In this document: positions 36,250 to 45,305 of the stretch, one piece after another | Layout of the letters: every line of letters begins with the position of its first letter | Numbering within the stretch: position 1 is the stretch's first letter | Position numbers and translations under genes: made by a program | Notes under the pieces: model-generated | The model's database searches: none | Told to the model about the DNA's origin: nothing | What the model saw: the letters and a program-made list of their open reading frames with translations, nothing else | Source: an uncultured virus (IMG/VR IMGVR_UViG_3300043256_000464) | Lineage: Duplodnaviria; Heunggongvirae; Uroviricota; Caudoviricetes | Strand: one strand, 5' to 3' | DNA: 56,095 nucleotides | Virus record (IMG/VR): IMGVR_UViG_3300043256_000464

Positions 36250-36917
36250 TGATGGCTAAATCCGATCTTGAAGTTGCTTTTGATACACAGTTTGTTCGCT
36301 TGGGCTCCGACCTTCCTAAGCCCGTCGAGGAATACAAATTCCATCCCAAACGTAAGTGGCGGATCGATCGAGCATGGCCTGATCATAAGCTGGCAGTTGA
36401 AATAGAAGGTGGAGCTCATCCTAGAAGAGTCTATTGCCAGAACTGTGGAACTATCGTCAGAGCCAAGAAGGGAGACGGCTCTATAGGGCGCGAAATCAGA
36501 GTTGGCGGCGCGCACAATCGAAGCGCTTACCTGAAAAATATAGAGAAATACAACACACTCACAAGCTTGGGCTGGTTCCTGTTAAGGTTTACTCACGATG
36601 ACATCTTGGCAGATCCCTTTAGTATGGTTGAGAACATTCGCTGCATTCTAGAAATGAGGGAACAAGATGTCAAAAAAGTAGACTATCTTTCGCCGAACGA
36701 ACGAGAAGTTTTGTATCTGATCGCTGCCGGATTCAACAGCATGGAAATCGCAAAAAGATTGGACAAAACTCAAAACTCAGTCAGGCGAAAAGCACAGAAT
36801 GTTTGTGAGAAATTGTTAGTGAGAAACCGCACAGCAGCAATCGCTAGAGCCCTGGTATGGGAGTTGATTGATCCCGAGGAAATACCTTGGCCGGATGACG
36901 GCAAAGCTGTTTTCTAG
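36249..36917 (+). CDS. Vsr-like/PD-(D/E)XK nuclease fused to LuxR HTH
   Basis: EYKFHPKRKWRID.AWP..KLAVEIEGG..H..KYN...LGW.LLRF; LSPNEREVL.LIA.G....EIA. Confidence 0.75.
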   Translation: MMAKSDLEVAFDTQFVRLGSDLPKPVEEYKFHPKRKWRIDRAWPDHKLAVEIEGGAHPRRVYCQNCGTIVRAKKGDGSIGREIRVGGAHNRSAYLKNIEKYNTLTSLGWFLLRFTHDDILADPFSMVENIRCILEMREQDVKKVDYLSPNEREVLYLIAAGFNSMEIAKRLDKTQNSVRRKAQNVCEKLLVRNRTAAIARALVWELIDPEEIPWPDDGKAVF

Positions 36918-36958
36918 GTAACAAAAATTTGCACGATAACAAATAAAAGGTTACTAAT

Positions 36959-36983
36959 AAAAACCGCCCTATAGGGGCGGTTT
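36959..36983. terminator. Bidirectional terminator
   Basis: AAAAACCGCCC-TATA-GGGGCGGTTT between convergent blocks. Confidence 0.7.
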
Positions 36984-37016
36984 CCTTGTCTAGGGGAAGC
37001 GAGCGGCGCAGCGAAC

Positions 37017-37328
37017 TCAATAATTGTCGCGGCTGTAGCTCTTGAAAGGCTTGATGGTCATGTAGTAGATTGCCAGTGTGATCAAAATACCGAAGAACCA
37101 CTGCATCACATAACTCAAACTTAATTCGGGCGCTGGACTCCAGCCCAAATACCCAGTCGTAATTTGAGCAAGCAACGTGAAGAAAGGCACGGTGACGGTA
37201 TAGAAGATCTTGGGAAAATCAAATTCAGCGTCTTTGACGACGAGCCAACGCACAAGGTATTTGAAAGCCTCCAAAAGAAACGGGGCCAACAACGCTGCCG
37301 TCAATAGAGTCGGTTCAGGTTCCAACAT
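37017..37328 (-). CDS. Holin-like membrane protein
   Basis: About three TM segments; end of the late operon. Confidence 0.45.
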   Translation of the reverse strand: MLEPEPTLLTAALLAPFLLEAFKYLVRWLVVKDAEFDFPKIFYTVTVPFFTLLAQITTGYLGWSPAPELSLSYVMQWFFGILITLAIYYMTIKPFKSYSRDNY

Positions 37329-37369
37329 TTATCATTCTCCTTTTTGATATCGCTTCCACAACGGAATAA

Positions 37370-37756
37370 TTATACCTCAGGTAAACCAAGAAGGCTGAAA
37401 ACAAAAAATCTGATTGAGGGTACAGTCAGGATGACTATGGCCACAGCCAGTAATAAGAGAAAACCTACGACGAGTGTCTTTAGCGTCTTTGGGGTTCGAT
37501 AACGCATAAGCCAAATCAGCGAAGGATTTTCATCGAATGTCTTTTTGATGCCATCAATCGTGTGCGAAATATGGGGAAGGTCGTTATACACAATCTGCTT
37601 AACAGTTTTATCGATCTCATCAAGCCGATCATTAGTTCTCTTGGATCGGATATTTGTATCCATAATGGCAGCGAAGGTAAGTTCGGGCGTTACCTCTTCC
37701 GGTAGCTTACCTTCTCGGGCCATTCGACGTATGCTTTCAAGCAATTGATCGCTCAT
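37370..37756 (-). CDS. Coiled-coil protein with C-terminal TM (lysis-associated?)
   Basis: Hydrophobic C-terminus. Confidence 0.45.
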   Translation of the reverse strand: MSDQLLESIRRMAREGKLPEEVTPELTFAAIMDTNIRSKRTNDRLDEIDKTVKQIVYNDLPHISHTIDGIKKTFDENPSLIWLMRYRTPKTLKTLVVGFLLLLAVAIVILTVPSIRFFVFSLLGLPEV

Positions 37757-37805
37757 GTAAACATCCTAGTACAATGAGCTGGTTTTCTCAAGAAGTTTGC
37801 ACCCT

Positions 37806-38255
37806 CTATTCATCATCATCGGGATCTTCTTGCTTAAAGTGCTTTCCAGTGGCAGCTTGAAATTCGAGGATAAATTCCACAAAGGCCGAATCAAGACGAT
37901 TCAACTTGAACTTCTCATCAGCAATACGATCCCAAACCAGATCGACTTGAAAGGGTGAGAGAGTAAAGCCAGCTTCAAGATCGTCGTCTAGTGCGTTTAC
38001 CCTCTCCACTAGCTTGAACCACTTAGCCATTTCACTGAGAGGCAAACCGCCCGGAGGAACCCAGTCCACAATGTTTTTAAGCCACTGCTTATCGTGAACA
38101 TCCGTCTCGGTGTCCTTTACCGGCAAGAAATATTCCCACAAGGCATCCTTGGCGGCTTCTTCGTCCGATGAAGAAACGATAGCTTTAATCTCAACTAGGG
38201 GAGCAATAACGGTCATGTTGTTGATGCGCTTTTTTAGATCAATTTTTACAGACAT
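37806..38255 (-). CDS. Hypothetical protein
   Basis: AAGGAG RBS. Confidence 0.6.
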   Translation of the reverse strand: MSVKIDLKKRINNMTVIAPLVEIKAIVSSSDEEAAKDALWEYFLPVKDTETDVHDKQWLKNIVDWVPPGGLPLSEMAKWFKLVERVNALDDDLEAGFTLSPFQVDLVWDRIADEKFKLNRLDSAFVEFILEFQAATGKHFKQEDPDDDE

Positions 38256-38295
38256 TCTTCTCTCCTTTGCTCAAATAATAGCACACCGATGGATG

Positions 38296-38565
38296 TTACG
38301 GGAGTATTTCCGCCGTTGCTTTCGCACGCATTCTATCAAGAAAATCTGAGAGCCACACCTTGTCCGCACTCGACAAATGTTCCAAGATGTCTCCGGTCAT
38401 TATCCTCATTATTCTTCCGTCCCCATCTTGCACCTGCACACTATATCTTCCTTCTTGGCGCGCTGGTTCTTCGTCTGGATCTGCGCCAGCTATGTAATCA
38501 GTAAGTTCGATGCTAATGTCGGCTATGGCTGTTGGCGTGACTAACGATGCTTGTGGCAGTGGCAT
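38296..38565 (-). CDS. Hypothetical protein after the tail fibre gene
   Basis: AGGAG RBS. Confidence 0.55.
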   Translation of the reverse strand: MPLPQASLVTPTAIADISIELTDYIAGADPDEEPARQEGRYSVQVQDGDGRIMRIMTGDILEHLSSADKVWLSDFLDRMRAKATAEILP

Positions 38566-38574
38566 TAAAATCTC

Positions 38575-40248
38575 CTACTGTGCAGCTATTCTTAGTATGA
38601 AGTTCCCGATTGCAAATGTCCTATTGGTCGTAGTTATAAGTTCGATTATGGTTCCTTCACCGCCACTGCCGCCTATCACCGTACTTAAATTGGCTCTTTT
38701 CCAAGCACCTTCCTCATCAACTCTAATTCGAATTTCTGTATTGTGATCAGTTGCCATACTCGCAATCTCAGTAGGCGGTGTTGGAGCTGCTGCATTATTA
38801 TATGTCCAACCAGTTGCTTTGTGGTGTCTTAATAAGATATCTGGTGTGGCATCATTCTTGGCCCCGAGCCAGGTAGCCTCGAAACCCAAGACTTTAAAAT
38901 CAGAGTTATTGTTATCCCAGTATTTACAGAAACCATAATTACAAAGTAAATCAGGTCCAGACTGTTTGGCTATCGTAACTTGTCCTATCCATTTTTTAGT
39001 TGTTTCATAATAAGTCCCAGCCGCACCCGCATCATCAACTGTTAAATCTTCTGTATCTGCTGCAGCTCTTACTCCGGCATCCGTGATAGATGTCCCTGTT
39101 ATCCTAATAACCGTATCGATTCCACCCGCGCCGCCCGCGGCTTGTACCAAAAAGAAGTGTGCAGCATAAGACGCATTGGCAGTTCCGAAGGTTATTGAGG
39201 GATTAAAATCATTGTCGCTCGTTCCGAATTTGTAGTATCCGCCGATATAGTTAATTCCAGAGTTAGCATCACGACTCATAAACGCCCAGGACTTTTCTGA
39301 AGCATCGGCGTCCCATTGCAAATTGCCACTACCATCTGTGGATAAAACAGCGCCCTCCACTCCGTCCTCATCTGGCAATATCCATATTTGATCTGCTGAT
39401 AGTGCCGGTGCTTCGAAGCCTACATAGTTGCCGTTATCATAGAATCTTAGCTCGTTGTTGCTATTGATCAATATCCCTTTTGTGAAAGCGAACATGTCCT
39501 CGCTTTCGTCCCACATAAGCTTGGGAGCGCCAGTGACATCGACTGTAAAAAGATTTATGTCCCTGTCTGTAGCATCTGAAGAAAACTGGATGCATTGCTC
39601 ACTGACATCTTTTTGGTCGAGGAAGAGGACGGGGATGGCAGCCGTGGTAGATAATTGGCCAATATGCAGGGCCCCACTAGGAGATGTAACATCCCCCATT
39701 CCGATACGACCACTATCTCGTATGACAATGTCTTCGCGGGCATCATTTACATTATAAAAACGTAATCTGTTGGTACCAACAAGCGCAATTTCCATCGTTT
39801 CTGACCCAGATCGTTCAATACGAAAGCCATCAGAAGAGCTCTGTAACATGTGTAGTCTTGTAGCTGGATTTGTTCCAATTCCTACCCTATCAGTATTACC
39901 TGCTACCACCAGAGCGTTGTTGTTTCCAACAATCAAATCCGCGCCCGCGGCATTGTCCAGCTCTATCGTTATAGAACCATTCGCCGCATCTGCGCGTATC
40001 AAATCAAGATCAATTTCTCCAACGTTTACAATATTGCCATCGGCAAAAGACACGTCTCCTACTGGATTGAGTATCAAATCGCCGCTAGTCGTAACAATGC
40101 TTTGCGCACCAACGAAAGTTATTCCAGCGCCCTCTATCCTTAATCCAGAAACAGACGTGGGGAAAGGCCCTGGACCGATATACGCTCCAGGGAAAAAGAA
40201 AGGCCCTTGATCCTGAGCTACTGCATTGGGTCTTATCTCTAAAGCCAT
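38575..40248 (-). CDS. Tail fibre/receptor-binding protein
   Basis: RVGIGTNP...LH and RIGMG..SP...LH fibre repeats; LPD.DG..G.VLSTDGSGNL.W. Confidence 0.7.
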   Translation of the reverse strand: MALEIRPNAVAQDQGPFFFPGAYIGPGPFPTSVSGLRIEGAGITFVGAQSIVTTSGDLILNPVGDVSFADGNIVNVGEIDLDLIRADAANGSITIELDNAAGADLIVGNNNALVVAGNTDRVGIGTNPATRLHMLQSSSDGFRIERSGSETMEIALVGTNRLRFYNVNDAREDIVIRDSGRIGMGDVTSPSGALHIGQLSTTAAIPVLFLDQKDVSEQCIQFSSDATDRDINLFTVDVTGAPKLMWDESEDMFAFTKGILINSNNELRFYDNGNYVGFEAPALSADQIWILPDEDGVEGAVLSTDGSGNLQWDADASEKSWAFMSRDANSGINYIGGYYKFGTSDNDFNPSITFGTANASYAAHFFLVQAAGGAGGIDTVIRITGTSITDAGVRAAADTEDLTVDDAGAAGTYYETTKKWIGQVTIAKQSGPDLLCNYGFCKYWDNNNSDFKVLGFEATWLGAKNDATPDILLRHHKATGWTYNNAAAPTPPTEIASMATDHNTEIRIRVDEEGAWKRANLSTVIGGSGGEGTIIELITTTNRTFAIGNFILRIAAQ

Positions 40249-41304
40249 TTAAGTCTCCACGCCATACCAAACAGTTTGAACACTGCCAGTTGGCGGTCTT
40301 TCAGTAAGAAATTCAAAAGTTCCCGATCCAGGAAATTGCTCTTGATAATCTATAGAGGGTGTTTGTACAACACCTCCTAATGCCAGAGCCAAGCTCCCTG
40401 TATAGTATTCACCATCAGGGACTATCCAGTAAACCCCGGTTGCACCATCTCCTAGAGAAGTTGGCTGACCAACTACCATCCTATTTGCGCCCGCTCCGAC
40501 CGGAACCGACGTATGTGGGTGTCTCAGGTCATAAATCTCGCCCCAGCCTATCCTGGTCGTTCCTGTGAGCAGGAAAACAGCAGCTACAGGAATTCCTTGA
40601 CCTGTTGACGGAATTGGGATGTAATCGCCCGGATCGATTGGTGGGGTTACTGCATTTATCTCTTCCCCAACCAGAAGGGCTGGGTTCCCGCTAGCACCAT
40701 CAATATAAACAGTCACAAACCGACCATTAGTTCCGCCAGTTGGCAGGAAGGATTCTAGGCCGGGGGTTCCTGTACTGGCAAACCAACGATATTGACCACC
40801 AAAATAGTAGAAATCCGATCCTATTTCAATGGCCATGCTCCCGGTTGGCTGAGGATGCGGGAGCAATGGCATCATCTGTCTCTTGAAAACCCAAACCGGA
40901 TCAGCCCCCATTCCAGCTTGGCCGCTGAATGAATGATCTGAACCATGAGGGGGTAAATAAGGACTGCTTTGAGGGAGATTGCCTGATTTACCCCAGTCGC
41001 GATATCTCCGAAGATCCCGGCCCTTTACCTTCCAAACATCGGGAAAGTTAGGATCGCGAACAAGAATGATCGGTAGATCCCAATGGTGTCCCACGCCCGG
41101 ATCAGCGTTGAAAGCTTTGACTCTTTCGGACGTATTACCTCTGATCCGACACCAGACATAATCGGGCTGTCCGTTAACAACAATCGTCTTTTGACCATTG
41201 ATGTAAGCACCAAGAGCAGCGGGAACCTGCCTAGCTACATCTTGCTTTGAGCCAAGGACTTCCTCCAGTGCTTCCTCTAATCTGCGTTTACCTATACCGG
41301 CCAT
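40249..41304 (-). CDS. Minor tail protein
   Basis: Position in tail module; G/T/P-rich. Confidence 0.55.
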   Translation of the reverse strand: MAGIGKRRLEEALEEVLGSKQDVARQVPAALGAYINGQKTIVVNGQPDYVWCRIRGNTSERVKAFNADPGVGHHWDLPIILVRDPNFPDVWKVKGRDLRRYRDWGKSGNLPQSSPYLPPHGSDHSFSGQAGMGADPVWVFKRQMMPLLPHPQPTGSMAIEIGSDFYYFGGQYRWFASTGTPGLESFLPTGGTNGRFVTVYIDGASGNPALLVGEEINAVTPPIDPGDYIPIPSTGQGIPVAAVFLLTGTTRIGWGEIYDLRHPHTSVPVGAGANRMVVGQPTSLGDGATGVYWIVPDGEYYTGSLALALGGVVQTPSIDYQEQFPGSGTFEFLTERPPTGSVQTVWYGVET

Positions 41305-41309
41305 CTATT

Positions 41310-44300
41310 TCATGCCGTCCAAACAAAGTGCAAGGCTTTGACATTAAAACCAAGGTTGTCTGGTCCTCCGATTGTTCCTATATCTCGAATCCAAGCAGCC
41401 ATTCCATCGATGAATGAAAACCCCTGATCTACTGACAAGTAGAGACGATTTTCACTTGAATCGCCTACGTGAATCGCGGCCATGATATCTGGATTCGTTC
41501 TGTGCCATTCAATGGGATATACATTGTTGTCGCCACCCAAGCTTGGAAACTGGTGTCTTGGAAGCCACGAGACAACACCGCCATCTACGCCATCTGTAGC
41601 AAAGAACAACACGTGCCTTACTACTCCACTGATTGGCCTCATCAACGATGCAACTAGAAGACGATTTCCATACCAAGTTGCTATATTCGGACGCCCGTCT
41701 CCATCGCTTAAATCATTAGAGGTAGGCGGCAGCCATTGAATTCCATCAAATAGCGGAGTGATAATTGTTTTGGTAGCAAATCTGTCTTTGGTTATATAGA
41801 CATTTCCAGGCCCACCAGCATCTTCTTCGGACCAATATGCTATGAGATCGGCTGGGTTTGCATTGAAAGGCACGTGGAGCTGGCCAATGCGTTGCGATGT
41901 CCCTGTGTCGTATACTTCTGACCAACTAACCCCCTGAACATTTGTGTACCAGATTTCTCTTCCGAGTTGACCCAAAACAAGCGCTTCTTGAATAGATTTT
42001 TCTGAAACGAGCATTGGAGGAAGCGACGCATCGCGAGCGCCTACTTCATTTGATACATCTACCCAAGACCCACCTCCGTCAGTGGATTTTATAACCCTTA
42101 CATCGCCAAAAGCACTTGCGGTTCTTCCTTTAACGTAGATGATGTTTGAGTTGATCGGACTGATGCTTATCGAATCGGCATTGGTCCCTCCTGCCTCTCC
42201 AACAATCGTGTTTGCCCATATTGTGGGATTCAAAAGTTCTGTATACGACTGGGTTCCAGTGATGCCGTTCAAATCATTGATTCGATAAAGCCACGGTCCA
42301 TCTGGAGGCACCGACCCTATTCCTATGTTGGTTAGCAAAAAGGCTGTATTTGCCGGATCGTTTGGATCAAGATGAAACGAAGTGAATGAACCAGTTACTC
42401 CACTTGGGTCCCACTCAGGAGTAAGATTTTCCCAGGTTGATCCAGTGGCGCGCCCTGAAGCGAAGTCAGTGCTTCTGGTTAATCTGTTCGATGTTACAAG
42501 ATAGATAATATTGCCAACGCCTTCGGGCGGGATGATCGGCGGAACGATTGGATTGGGTGGAATAATTGGTGGGAAGTCTATGTCCCAATCCGGAAGAATT
42601 CTGCGATCGTATGGTGGATCGACTGGAATTATGACGGTATCCCCAGGAGGCCCGTGAGTTTCTTCCGACACAACCATATCCATCAACAACGACTGTCTGG
42701 ATGGGTTCCAGCGGTAAGTAATTGCCTGTGGAATGAACGGTTTCTGATTCCAGACTATTCTTCGGAAAGTCTCATCCTCAGCGACCGTCATTTCAACTCG
42801 CTGTTGTGGGGCTATATCAAGAAAACGATATTCGCCAGCTAGAGGAATGCGCACTTTTGGATACAAAGCGTTTCTCTGTGCCCACGTCAGCCCAGCTAAT
42901 TCGTTGACTTGATCCTGATCAACGATGACAAGACCGCTGGCTCGCTGCACCGATCCAAAATATTCAGGGGCTTCGCCCGGAGCTCCTGAGAGATAGGCAT
43001 CAAAAGTGCCAGTTGTTGCCCCCGAGTAGGCTATTCCACCCAGTTCGATATAAGCCAAATCAGCATGCGGATCGCGCTCAATGGCAATCTCTCTTCGCCA
43101 ATCCTGGCGAGTTATTCCGATGACGTTTTGCATCACGTCGTTGGCTTGTCTGGAGCTCCCGGTCGTAAGAATATTTGCGTCAAGTTCACACCACAACTTT
43201 CCCTGCCTGTCCGAAACCATGGATGCCATGAGACTGCTTTGGAGTAAACCATTCATGGCCTCATAGATATTCCCTCTGCCAAAGTCAACGAATTCAACAC
43301 GCTTCATATCGTTGGTTTGAGAGAAGTCGGCCACAGCCAGGACAGTTGATTGCCACCGCAAGAAATGAACTATGGCCCGGTCGATAGTCATCTCTCGCAT
43401 GTCTGTCCAAGCCATCGCGCTCCGCTTGTCGTCCAATGCAGTCGAGAATGTGCTTAACTCTCCCATCCGGATCGATACGCTACCAACTTTAAAATCGACC
43501 ACGCTTGTTACTGGATCGTAGCGAATCGAATCCTCTAGGACGTATCCAACAAACAGTGTCGAATCCCTGTTTTCGGCATTAGCTCCTACCTTAGTTTCGA
43601 CATAACCTTCCCAGTCTTCTGAGAAAACTACGACCAAAGCACCATCTACGATTTCGTCTACACCAACCACATCTCGGACCCAAATTCTGGCGTTATAGCC
43701 ACCCTGCCCCCTCTCGCCGTCAAGACTCCGAAGCCCCCAACGATAGTAGGGTTTGCATGAACCGGGATCTTCAGGACGGGTAAGGACCTGAATATGCCTA
43801 CGTCCTGTAAAGGAATCGCCCTGATTATTTGTTATCTCAAGCGACGTGACGAAATATCCACATCCCGTGTACGTGACCATCCCCGGATGTGCAGCGGTGG
43901 AGCCGGTTGGATCGCCCCCCTCAAAGTGCCAGTCGTAAGATGACAATCCACCGCCAGGGGTGGGATCGAAACTACCGGAGGATGTGTACCAAACCAAACT
44001 TGTTCCACTAGGGGCAGGGGAAAGGAAGCTCGCAGAATTAGGACCCAAACAGACAACAGGTTCCATGTCTTGATTCTGACCGGTATAAGGAATATCCCAG
44101 TCCTTAAAAAACACCGGAACATTGTCAGCATCGAGTACGATCCTAGGAAAAACCCCCCACGGCTCGAAATATCGGACGACTGTCAAATACCATCCATCCA
44201 CCCAGTTTATGGAATTCTCTGCTACGGTAATTTGAGATGAAGTGGCACTCCGAACCCTAATCCTTCCAAGTTCCTTTCCGTCTGAAACTGTTGAGATGAA

Positions 44301-44495
44301 ACAGGTCTCGCCACCAACAATCAGACCAGCATCGCCACTCAACGCGGTTACGTTGATGTCTTGAGCAGCCTTAGAGATTCCGGCCTGGTTGATCTGCGCG
44401 GAGAAGATGACCCGAGGCCGGAATATCCCAAGCCACAGACGCGTTCTATGAGGGCGTGTTCGCAATTGAGAAAGTTGAGTAGGCGTTAAATTCAT
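41310..44495 (-). CDS. Large tail/baseplate protein (PKD-like and BNR-like repeats)
   Basis: SYDWHFEGGDP (PKD-like), Pro-rich linker, KSTDGGGSW and SVDQGFSF Asp-box-like motifs. Confidence 0.65.
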   Translation of the reverse strand: MNLTPTQLSQLRTRPHRTRLWLGIFRPRVIFSAQINQAGISKAAQDINVTALSGDAGLIVGGETCFISTVSDGKELGRIRVRSATSSQITVAENSINWVDGWYLTVVRYFEPWGVFPRIVLDADNVPVFFKDWDIPYTGQNQDMEPVVCLGPNSASFLSPAPSGTSLVWYTSSGSFDPTPGGGLSSYDWHFEGGDPTGSTAAHPGMVTYTGCGYFVTSLEITNNQGDSFTGRRHIQVLTRPEDPGSCKPYYRWGLRSLDGERGQGGYNARIWVRDVVGVDEIVDGALVVVFSEDWEGYVETKVGANAENRDSTLFVGYVLEDSIRYDPVTSVVDFKVGSVSIRMGELSTFSTALDDKRSAMAWTDMREMTIDRAIVHFLRWQSTVLAVADFSQTNDMKRVEFVDFGRGNIYEAMNGLLQSSLMASMVSDRQGKLWCELDANILTTGSSRQANDVMQNVIGITRQDWRREIAIERDPHADLAYIELGGIAYSGATTGTFDAYLSGAPGEAPEYFGSVQRASGLVIVDQDQVNELAGLTWAQRNALYPKVRIPLAGEYRFLDIAPQQRVEMTVAEDETFRRIVWNQKPFIPQAITYRWNPSRQSLLMDMVVSEETHGPPGDTVIIPVDPPYDRRILPDWDIDFPPIIPPNPIVPPIIPPEGVGNIIYLVTSNRLTRSTDFASGRATGSTWENLTPEWDPSGVTGSFTSFHLDPNDPANTAFLLTNIGIGSVPPDGPWLYRINDLNGITGTQSYTELLNPTIWANTIVGEAGGTNADSISISPINSNIIYVKGRTASAFGDVRVIKSTDGGGSWVDVSNEVGARDASLPPMLVSEKSIQEALVLGQLGREIWYTNVQGVSWSEVYDTGTSQRIGQLHVPFNANPADLIAYWSEEDAGGPGNVYITKDRFATKTIITPLFDGIQWLPPTSNDLSDGDGRPNIATWYGNRLLVASLMRPISGVVRHVLFFATDGVDGGVVSWLPRHQFPSLGGDNNVYPIEWHRTNPDIMAAIHVGDSSENRLYLSVDQGFSFIDGMAAWIRDIGTIGGPDNLGFNVKALHFVWTA

Positions 44496-44509
44496 GATAT
44501 ATTCACATC

Positions 44510-44572
44510 GGGATTGTGCCTAAAAGCCATGTACCAAGAGAAACCCAAGTCAAGTGAGCGAGGCGCAATCCC
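44510..44572 (+). ncRNA. Solitary TIGR-like guide unit in a 12-bp hairpin
   Basis: AGCCA-TGTACCAAG-AGAAACCCA-AGTCAAGTG-AGCG (36 nt, 44525-44560) inside GGGATTGTGCCT/AGGCGCAATCCC, followed by TCTTTT. Confidence 0.6.
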
Positions 44573-44576
44573 TCTT

Positions 44577-44945
44577 TTATTCAATGACGATGTTGTGGAT
44601 AAGCAACACAACGCTTCTCGGATATGTCTCAAAAAACTGTCCAATGCTCGGTTCTGCCATCGTGCAACCACTGTATTCACGAAAGGCGTATGGCGATCCA
44701 GTGATAGTAGGGAATTCAGGAAGCCTAGCCGTTACGGTTCCACTCGACTCAATGTCTCGATAGTTGGCTTGTAGTGTTGCCCACTCTTCGGATGATGTAA
44801 GCTGATATCGCAACTCAAAGCTTCGGACGCCTGGATAAATTGGCCGATTGTCGCCCTGGACATCCAATGGGCGGCGCGGAAGCCACCTGCCAGTCGTAGG
44901 TTCAAGAATTCGATTACCGTTGATTTGCCAGTCACCGTATGACAT
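44577..44945 (-). CDS. Distal-tail-like protein
   Basis: Position after tape measure; size. Confidence 0.45.
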   Translation of the reverse strand: MSYGDWQINGNRILEPTTGRWLPRRPLDVQGDNRPIYPGVRSFELRYQLTSSEEWATLQANYRDIESSGTVTARLPEFPTITGSPYAFREYSGCTMAEPSIGQFFETYPRSVVLLIHNIVIE

Positions 44946-45293
44946 CTATTTCATATCCTTCATAGGTAGTGTGGAGTCTGAGCCAGAAAAGGGTCTTTTA
45001 GATCCACTTGATTGAGCAATCCGCGCATCGCGCGCTACAACTATGTTTCCTGGTCCAGAGTTTGTCATGAACTTTTGTTCGAGCTTTAACTTTCGTTCAG
45101 GGTCACGCAAATAACCCAGGACGCACTCAACCCATCTTCTAATAGTTTCTTCATTCCATCCCTCGTTTTCTCTATTGCGCATAATAATGGCTACAATTTT
45201 GTGGCCGTTATCACCATGTGATTCGTAAGATCTATAAATTTTAATCACGAGGCGGGAAAAACATTCGTCTATATGTTCGTTTCCATTAGGCAC
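44946..45293 (-). CDS. Hypothetical protein
   Basis: GGGAGG RBS before GTG. Confidence 0.5.
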   Translation of the reverse strand: MPNGNEHIDECFSRLVIKIYRSYESHGDNGHKIVAIIMRNRENEGWNEETIRRWVECVLGYLRDPERKLKLEQKFMTNSGPGNIVVARDARIAQSSGSKRPFSGSDSTLPMKDMK

Positions 45294-45305
45294 AATAGCC
45301 TCCCA

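Noticed and set aside
40870..40906. TIGR-like pattern CA-N9-TGAAAACCCA-N9-AGCC
   Set aside because: Antisense to a coding region, no enclosing stem, first CCA imperfect
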